The position numbers and the translations under genes were made by a program. The notes under the pieces are model-generated. The model had not been told where the DNA came from, did no database searches, and worked only from the letters and a program-made list of their open reading frames with translations. Below, in pieces: positions 37,782-46,322 of a stretch of 46,322 nt of DNA. Source of the DNA: Octopus bimaculoides (lineage: Eukaryota); the NCBI RefSeq assembly GCF_001194135.2, contig NC_068984.1:81497379-81543700 (forward strand). Reading direction: 5' to 3'. How positions within the stretch are numbered: the stretch's first letter is position 1; each line of letters starts with the position of its first letter.

Positions 37782-39163
37782 ACTTTCTCACTAAATGGAT
37801 CTTCATCAGTTTCGAGGATGCGCATCCGGTTACTCGATCAAGTGAACTACCTGTTCTTTGAGTAACACATTCGTGACTGAGCATTTGTTTAGCTAATTCT
37901 GAGTGAGAATTTTAGGGGGACAGTGTGTAACAATGTCGAACCAAGAGTTACGGTTATAAACCACCCAACTGGCTCACATAATTTCTGCCTATCCAGTTTC
38001 ACTTTCAAGTTTTGGGTGAACCCGAGGCTGTAGTAAGATACTTCTCCTAGATGTCTTAAATATAATCAATCACTCAGCCTAGTTTCCATTCCTTTAGTAC
38101 CATACTTACACGTTGTCATACGCATATACAACCGTATACAAGCATACATACATATTCATACATATTCATACATATACATACATATTCATATGCGCAATGA
38201 GTAAGAATACGTCAACTGTTTTTTCGTCGTTTTATACTCAATAACTAAATTACCAGTCAAGTCCAAAGGCTAACTCCTCATCCTCATCATCATCATCATC
38301 ATCATCATCTCCTCTTCCTCCCCCTCTTCCTCCCCTCTTCCTCCTCCTCATCTCCTCCCCTTTCCCCTTCCTCCTCCTCCTCCTCCTCTTCATCCTCATC
38401 CTCCGTCTTCTTCTTCTTCTTCTTCTTCTTCTTCTTCTTCTTCTTCTTCTTCTTCTTCTTCTTCTTCTTCTTCTTCTTCTTCTTCTTCTNNNNNNNNNNN
38501 NNNNNNNNNNNNNNNNNNNNNNNNNNNNNNNNNNNNNNNNNNNNNNNNNNNNNNNNNNNNNNNNNNNNNNNNNNNNNNNNNNNNNNNNNNNNNNNNNNNN
38601 NNNNNNNNNNNNNNNNNNNNNNNNNNNNNNNNNNNNNNNNNNNNNNNNNNNNNNNNNNNNNNNNNNNNNNNNNNNNNNNNNNNNNNNNNNNNNNNNNNNN
38701 NNNNNNNNNNNNNNNNNNNNNNNNNNNNNNNNNNNNNNNNNNNNNNNNNNNNNNNNNNNNNNNNNNNNNNNNNNNNNNNNNNNNNNNNNNNNNNNNNNNN
38801 NNNNNNNNNNNNNNNNNNNNNNNNNNNNNNNNNNNNNNNNNNNNNNNNNNNNNNNNNNNNNNNNNNNNNNNNNNNNNNNNNNNNNNNNNNNNNNNNNNNN
38901 NNNNNNNNNNNNNNNNNNNNNNNNNNNNNNNNNNNNNNNNNNNNNNNNNNNNNNNNNNNNNNNNNNNNNNNNNNNNNNNNNNNNNNNNNNNNNNNNNNNN
39001 NNNNNNNNNNNNNNNNNNNNNNNNNNNNNNNNNNNNNNNNNNNNNNNNNNNNNNNNNNNNNNNNNNNNNNNNNNNNNNNNNNNNNNNNNNNNNNTGGCAT
39101 CCTTCTCACCAATCTTGGAGGGCCTGTAAAAGCCATGAGCACTGCTTCTTGGTCCATATCAAA

Positions 39164-39476
39164 CAAAAATAAAAATAAAACAAAAACAAAAATAAAAATA
39201 AAACAAAAATAAAAATAAAACAAAAATAAAAATAAAAATAAAGCAAAAATAAAAATAAAACAAAAATAAAAATAAAACAAAAATAAAAATAAAACAAAAA
39301 TAAAAATAAAACAAAAATGAAAATTAAAATAAAACAGAAATAAAAATAAAACAAAAATAAAAATAAAACAAAAATAAAAATAAAACAAAAATAAAAATAA
39401 AACAAAAATAAAAATAAAACAAAAATAAAAATAAAACAAAAATTAAAATAAAACAAAAATTAAAATAAAACAAAAA
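39164..39476. repeat. 17-bp A-rich minisatellite (CAAAAATAAAAATAAAA)n, about 18 units
   Basis: Read directly. The minus-strand translation repeats every 17 aa (51 nt = 3 units). Confidence 0.9.
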
Positions 39477-39594
39477 GAAGAAAAATGTTACTAAGAAAAT
39501 GTAACCGAGTTATTGGATTAGGAGTGCCAAATGAAGGGTGAACGGCTCAAACTGTATTGCCTTTGAGTGCTACAGTCTGTCCCAGGCTGAAAGG

Positions 39595-39922
39595 TTACTC
39601 TTTACTCTTTTATTCATTTACTTGTTTCAGTCATTTGACTGCGGCCATGCTGGAGCACCGCCTTTAGTCGAGCAAATCGACTCCAGAACTTATTCTTTAG
39701 ATGTCTAGTACTTATTCTATCGGTCTATTTTGCCGAACCGCTAAGTTACGGGGACATAAACACACCAGCATCGGTTGTCAAGCGATGTTGGTGGAGGGGA
39801 CAAACACAGAGACACAAACATATACNNNNNNNNNNNNNNNNNNNNNNNNNNNNNNNNNNNNNNNNNNNNNNNNNNNNNNNNNNNNNNNNNNNNNNNNNNN
39901 NNNNNNNNNNNNNNNNNNNNNN

Positions 39923-39987
<65 letters not shown>

Positions 39988-40151
39988 CGACGGGCTTCTT
40001 TCAGTTTCCGTCTACGAAATCCACTCACCAGGCTTTGGTCGGCCCGAAGCTATAATAGAAGACACTTGCCCAAGGTGCCACGCAGTGGGAATGAACCCGG
40101 AACCATGTGGTTGGTAAGCAAGCTACTTACCATACAGCCATTCCTGCGCCT
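39595..40151 (-). mobile_element. Full-length tRNA-headed SINE, family A, with an internal (TA)/(CA) microsatellite
   Basis: Minus strand has A box TGGCTGTATGGT, B box GGTTCATTCCC, a CCTTGGGCAAG core-like motif, a central microsatellite plus gap, a conserved 3' half and a (GTAAAAGA)-type tail. It aligns with several other copies in the window. Confidence 0.85.
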
Positions 40152-40856
40152 GATGAAATAAAACATCGGAGATGGTTTGCCCCACGCAGAAACTGTAGGA
40201 GCTACTCAGAGGGATGGCAAGCTCTTCTAAAGCCATTGCTATGTTGGAAACCCTTCCATATCATCCTCATATTTCACAGGGCCACAAACGTTTCGTCCCT
40301 TAGTCTGGACTATTCGCCTAAATGGGGCGGCGAGGACTGAACTAGTCTTTGTGTGCGGTCTCTTATGAATCATAGCCACCTTAAGCTTGTTTCAGCTTCC
40401 ATGCCTGTCTCTTCGTTGGCTTCCTTCAGTTGTCTCGATTCTAGATATATCTTCTGTGTGAAATATTCTCCTATTGTCTAGTCCACCGAGTTATAAATAG
40501 GTACTATACTGGAAGAACCACTCACCTCAATAAGAAGCAGCGGTGTTTTATCTAAGATCACATGGTTTAGTGTGTGTGTGTGTATGTGTGTGTGCGTGTG
40601 TGTGTGTGTGTATGTTTAAAAAGAAGACGGTTGAATGTGATATGAAGGAGATTTAGCTGCTTTTTTTCTTGCAAGCTGAACAACCGTATAGAGATTCTTA
40701 CATTGACTCGTGTATATATATAGAGAGTATGTGCCTGTTGTAGTTTACATGCGGATATATTAAACTGTTCAGTGCACGTCAATAGAGCCCGCTATGTGTG
40801 TGTGTGTGGTAACTATGTAATTTAATTGGTTACCTGTTTACAAACACACACACACA

Positions 40857-40895
<39 letters not shown>

Positions 40896-42259
40896 ACACA
40901 CAATCACACACACACAATCACACACACATACATACACACGCGTATATTCGTGTGTACGTGTGTTTACCTATGTATGTACGTACATATGTATATATACATA
41001 CAAAGGCATGTAAATAAGTATATATGTGTATACATATGTATGAGTGTGACCGCACGGAAATTTATATATACCACCGCCAACAAACATGTCTGAAGACATA
41101 CGTTAGTTTATAAACGAAAATCACGCGTTAAAAAGGAAAGGAAATGCAAACAAAAAAATATAAAGGACTTGAAAATGACAGAAGAGTGTATTTAAGAAGT
41201 AAAGTAGATGTCCTTGTATTTGCCATGCCTCACTATTAACCTATTCGCAACCACGAAGCTTTTAAAAATAGCATTAGTATCTTCTTGACCCAGTTTCTAT
41301 CGAAAACTGTTCTACCATCCCTACATACAGAGGGATCCACGAGCCAAATAGAGAACATCTGTGTGGTCGATCAGCATGCTAGAAGTAGCAGTTAAATATT
41401 TATGAAAATTACACCACCCTTATATGATGCGTACTTGGTTGGGATAATGTAGTCCTTGATATACAAAAATGGTAGGATAGCCATAGCTAAATCATCTTTG
41501 AACAGGGGTCTGTCTATTAAGAGCTGGCCTGGGTATAAAGAACAATTTTAACTACAACGTCCACAGCAACAACGTCATAACCCTTAAAAGGAAATACATC
41601 TCTAGTAGCAATGACATTCTTAGTAGCATCAACACCTTTAACGACAGCAACAGGCTTGACAACGACAACAATCTTAATAAAAACAAAAACAACAACATCT
41701 GCGCGTTCGAACGACCAGCTGGAAATAGTAGCCAAGTCCCCCTCAAATCGTACTACACCTCATAAAAGAAGGTAGGATACATTGGACAATGATACAGTTC
41801 TAAATATATTAGATGGGGTTGTCATGGAAGGAAAACCTTTGATATATAAGATTGCTCGACCAGACAAGAACTGACACGCAGCAGCAACAACAACAACAGC
41901 AACAACAACATCAACAAGTACAAAAACAACAATAACGCGCACAACGGTAAATATTGGTGAAATTTTGCCCCTCTTAACTCGACGCCATGAGAGGGCGGAA
42001 CCAAGTAGGTTGGGCTACTGCTGCTGCTGCTGCCGCTGCCGCTGTTATTTATTGTTATTGTTGTTGTTGTTGCTATCATTAGCTTGTTGTTGTTGCTATC
42101 ATTAGCATTTAAGAATCCTGGAGGCAAAGAGATTATCGAGGGAATAGGTCATGGAGCATTTATAGATGTAGCTTAGAAAGTTGGTAGCGGTGGAGAAATT
42201 ACCTACAGGAGCACTTCTGGAAAAAGTACTTCTTATACACACGTACGCCCGCTCGCACG

Positions 42260-42324
<65 letters not shown>

Positions 42325-43129
42325 CTACATTCGCGCGTACACATGCAAACATGCAGATACATACATGCAAACTCAGTTACACAAGCACAAACACTCACAC
42401 ACACACACGCACATAAACATGAACTCACACACTTACTAGCACACATATACATACGTGCACACTCACATGCATACACACACGAGACTACACACATATATTC
42501 ATTCATTCGCATACACACGTTCGATACACACACATGCATACACACTCATCATACCTACACGCACGTACACACTCAATCACTTTCACACATACATTAACAA
42601 CACTAATACAAAGACAAATACACACACATGCACACACGTACACACTTAAATGGATCTTCACCGGTTTCGACGATGAGTATCCAGTTGTCCGAAGACTGAA
42701 CTACCTGTTCATTGAACCAATCTGTAAGTGGCTAGCTATTTTACAGTCGCGTCTATCTTTAATGTAAATCTCAGACACAATCAGCGTTTCACGTGACAAA
42801 TATGGACTTTTAAATTACTAATATAATCTGTCCATCGAGTTTCATTACAGTTTCCTTAACCCGGTATGACTCACAGGGCTTGGGTCTACTAGGTCAAGAT
42901 GCGTCACGTAGCTGTATTGAACCCGGAACCTCATGACTGACAAGCTGTCTTTGCTATAGCCATGATAAATCCATGCTGCGACAATAGTACGTACACACAC
43001 ATAAATAGACACACAGGCGCACATGCGTACACACGCTCGCACGTACGTGCGCCATGTTCAGACACATACACAGCAAAATATTAACACAAAGCTATACAAC
43101 ACTTTCAAAATTAATATTCCCAATATATA

Positions 43130-43344
43130 TTCTTTGTATTAAAGGCACAAGGTCTGAAAGCTTTGCAGGGAGGGGGATAGTCGATTACATCGACCGCAGT
43201 GCTCAACTGGTACTTATTTCATCGACTCGAAAGGATGAAACCAAATATCACCCACGGCGGAATTTTAACTCAAAATATGAAGGTAGATGAAATGCCGCTA
43301 AGAATTTGGCCGGCGTGCTTAACGATTCTGACAGCTCGCTACCT
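43130..43344 (-). mobile_element. SINE family B copy
   Basis: Near full-length alignment. More decayed minus-strand copies lie at ~2660-2775, 3026-3170, 23490-23660 and 32395-32510; plus-strand copies at ~13035-13115 and 35731-35814. Confidence 0.8.
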
Positions 43345-43673
43345 CCATTTCCTATTTATGTAAGACTTATAAAGCCGTCTGAATTGGTGTAATCTCATGA
43401 TCAGGGATTCTTAACTGGGATCCTTATGCTCCTCCCTCAAATGGTCCACACCATAATTTTTCGAAGCCACGTGAAAAATACGACTTTTGGACGCCATATA
43501 CATTTTTAACTGTTATCCAGACGATCATATCGACTGAGTCCTCATATCTCTTTCTTTGAACTAATTTCATTAGTATAAATATTATACATCGCGATTGTTT
43601 ACTATTCTGTGCTAACTACTAAAACTACAATACGAGACAAACGGTATTGAAACAGCATCTTAAACAATTTTTC

Positions 43674-44018
43674 ACGCATAGCCGTGTGTTTAAGAAGCTT
43701 ACTTTGTAACCAAGTGGTTCTAGGTTCAGTTCCACTGCGCGACACCTTGGGTAAGTATCTGCTACCATAGCCTAAGGCTAATTGTGAGTGAATTAGATAG
43801 ACGGAAACTGTGCGGAAGCCCGCTGTGTATGTGTGTGTGTCTTTGTGTTTGTCTCTCCACCACTGCATGATAACAGAGTTAGCAGTTCAGCAAAAGAGAC
43901 CGATAGAATAAGTACCAAACTTAGAATAAGAAATTTGGTTTAATTGTTCAACTAAACACTTCCAAGCGGTGCTCCAGCGTAGCGCAGCCAATCACTGAAC
44001 TCGATAAAAAATAAAGGA
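43674..44018 (+). mobile_element. Diverged SINE family A copy
   Basis: Head ggttcagttccactgcgcgacaccttggg, short internal (TG)n, and 3' half gagaccgatagaataagtacc...gcggtgctccagc. Confidence 0.75.
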
Positions 44019-44532
44019 ATATTTGGTGAAAGCCGTAGAAGAGAATAATGCTGCACAAGACTTCATATAGTTACTAATCTCCATCCATTTTATTTTTGTT
44101 TTTCTATCTTATTTGTCAATGCTTTATTCTTATTTTTCTATTCAATAAGATAATATTGGAACACATAAAACCCAGAAACATATTGAATTTAGCAACTGTT
44201 TAAAGAGTGTACATAGCTATGAAATAATAATCATTGCGTTTTGTTATCTTATGAGATGGGTTATTGTCAATTACAACAAAACGTATTCTGTAGGTCCAAT
44301 GATAATATAACAAGCTATATTCAAACTCTGTCGACAAAAAGCACCATAGAAGTTATCTAGAGTGAATTAAAAGAAATTAAGAGAGATATAATGGAAATAA
44401 TATAGTTATGGATTACGAATGACATGGAGCTTCAAGATAATGAGTTATCTGTATAGACAAGTCAAGCATTTGAACCATATATACACGGATATGACAGTTC
44501 GATTCCACGATTTAGAGGTGATGATCCCTGCA

Positions 44533-44867
44533 CTAACGTTACTCGACAGAACAGATAGCTCGGAGATTAGGGAGTCTCTCGAAGTCAAGCAGCTACTCTG
44601 CATTGAGAGGTCACAACTCCAGTATTACGATCATGTGATTACAATATCGGAAGAAAGAATCACATGATAGATTCTTCAACCTTAGCCGAAGGGCAAGAGA
44701 TCGAGGGATTGACCAACAACGTGATAGTTGGCTGATATCCATAGTTTCAGTTGGTCATGCTTGGGAATCCAACGGAAAAGTGTAATGATGGTTTCTTCTG
44801 ATAAAACTCTGGAGGATTCTATCCCTACAGCCCTCTCAGGAATAGTAGGCGGAGAAGGTGGATGGAA
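44533..44867 (+). mobile_element. Degenerate RTE-clade (Rex3/Expander-like) LINE 3' end
   Basis: Translates to VTLLDRTDSSEIRESLEVKQLLCIERSQLQYYDHV...PKGKRSR...FSWSCLGI, matching the RTE C-terminal pattern (LRDRVRSS.IRE.L.VE.LL..IERSQ.RW.GH). It ends in a ggcggagaaggtggatgga tail and carries several stops. Confidence 0.7.
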
Positions 44868-46322
44868 AGAGTATTCCAAGTTAGAGGTAGATTCATTAAA
44901 AGAAAATGCAACAGGTATAGACACTAGGTCACAGCAAAGCCTTAATAAATTACAGAGTAATCAAAAGGCCCAGTTAGATACCAGCACGGTAAACAATTTA
45001 AGTACCTAAATTGCGAGAAAATTCCACCACTCTGAAAGAAAGTAAAATTGTATGTATTGTCTTTCCAGCTTCTTTACTTTTTGAATCTGGTTTTAACTGG
45101 GTGACTTCCTCCAGTCAAAAGCTCACATCCACCCGATATTGTAAAGATAAGTGATCTTAATGTGTAACCAATGACGCTGTTGCCAACTAGTGAAAAAAGC
45201 CTTGTGAACTTATATCCGACACAAGCCTCACACTAACTACAGTGCTAGTTATAAGAATATTTATTTTTACTATATATATCTTGTGTTTCTAAGAATTATT
45301 CTGAAATAGAATAAAAGATACATTATAAAACTAGTATTGTGATTTACTTTAAGTTTTTGCAATGAGGTGTTTACAAAAACCTTTGAGCAATGCAAATTAG
45401 GAGTTAGGTAAAATATGAAAGGTGATATCAATGAATGAAAAACAGAAAAAAAATATTGCATTACCTTACATGGGCTGTTGAATGATCCTTTAATATTTCG
45501 AGAAAAAGTCTCCTTTTCAAATAAGAGAAAGAAAAAAAAATCAAGATGTTGAAAGAAATGTGTTGATACCGGAAACACTTGAATAATCAGTCGATGAGAA
45601 CACATTTTTCCGAACACCTTGATTTTGCTTTTCTTTTATTTATGTAAAAGAGGAACTTCTTGCCAAATTATCGCAGGGTCATTAGACAAACTATGAAAAG
45701 TAATACAATATCGTCATAAATGAACCATGAAAAGAAAACAAAGAAACAGAGAACCATTCTTGAAGACCAGTCATTCTAAGTCAAGGGCTAGAGCTGCATA
45801 AATGAAATCTTCCTTTAAGATAAAAGAGAGTGATTTGAGAATGATTTTGCTCCGATTTCTAGCAAATCGAACGACTACATAGTGACCAATAACTTGATGA
45901 ATATATGCCTAGTATCACGTGATCTTCTGTTTAAATCTTGCGAACCTCGTTCGAAATTCAGTTCTGACAGAGTCAAGAAAACTACAAAAGAAAAAACAAA
46001 ACGAAAAGACAAAAAAGCTGTAAGAAAAGGGAATATCTTGGCAGTCGTCTGACCAGAGAGAAATTTCCGTCAAAGCACATTCTTAATGTCTTTAAATGAA
46101 GAGACACTGTATAATATAGTTCTACATACATCATTACTGGTGTGGAAAGAGATTGGCTTGAACACATTTTAGCACAGGTCCGCTATGTTACAAAGAACTA
46201 AACGATTATCTTATGAACTTCGTTACCTTACAGCACTTTCTGCTATAAGATGCGGTGGACTCATCGTTGGGTGCTTGCGTAACAACTTATTGTTTCATCA
46301 GAGCCTGAAATGTGAACTGCAG

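Larger units (their letters stand above)
6370..39922. other. Assembly gaps (N runs)
   Basis: 6370-6778, 7534-8467, 9165-9811, 12044-12509, 13714-14153, 20268-21040, 21998-22309, 25364-25707, 26649-27492, 30034-30290, 31197-31652, 33100-33375, 35437-35562, 36873-37730, 38490-39094 and 39826-39922, plus three 10-N gaps. Most are flanked by microsatellites. Confidence 0.95.

Noticed and set aside
40280-40320. Minus-strand gtcc-agactaag-ggac-gaaac, like hammerhead stem II plus GAAA
   Set aside because: The upstream core reads gcgaata instead of CUGANGA, and there is no stem I/III closure.
40526-40551. 26-nt possible microexon DKTPLLLIE with a GAG|gtgagt donor
   Set aside because: The acceptor is weak and the phase-0 exit does not fit the phase-1 exon at 34628.
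192-42767. Long ORFs in the supplied track rich in His/Thr, Cys/Val, Tyr/Ile, Asp, Leu or X
   Set aside because: They are translations of di- and trinucleotide microsatellites or read through N runs. There is no coding complexity or splice support.
41241-45981. Candidate upstream exons: 41241-41320 (DGRTVFDRNWVKKILMLFLKASWLRI), one near 45140-45200, and a strong acceptor at 45982
   Set aside because: Phases can be made compatible, but the donors are poor (gttaat, gttcgc or gtgata) and frames are ambiguous. RNA-seq is needed.
1-46322. CRISPR arrays, rRNA genes, telomeric arrays, intact transposase or RT ORFs
   Set aside because: No regularly spaced repeat-spacer array or rRNA-like sequence was seen, and all TE coding fragments carry stops or frameshifts.

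Overview
This is eukaryotic, AT-rich, microsatellite-dense genomic DNA from a gapped short-read assembly (about 16 large N runs). The SINE families and repeat landscape match what I recall of octopus/cephalopod DNA, which is an inference. Nearly all long ORFs in the supplied track are microsatellite or N artefacts. By hand I reconstructed six exons of an unidentified minus-strand protein-coding gene (34540-34628, 18775-18911, 15740-15815, 15548-15662, 5123-5233, 4592-4675); the last five chain in phase. Its introns hold several tRNA-headed SINE families, decayed LINE fragments (two RTE, one CR1/Jockey-like, one Vingi-like, one R4/Dong-like 3' end), MITE-like foldbacks and one orphan tRNA-like cloverleaf. 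The most structured object is a three-level nest at 10300-12000. A SINE is split by an RTE LINE carrying a twin-priming-type 5' inversion and an 11-bp TSD, and the LINE is itself split by a duplicated insert with snap-back hairpins at both junctions. I found no CRISPR array, rRNA, intact transposon or intact hammerhead ribozyme, and no convincing wholly new biological system.
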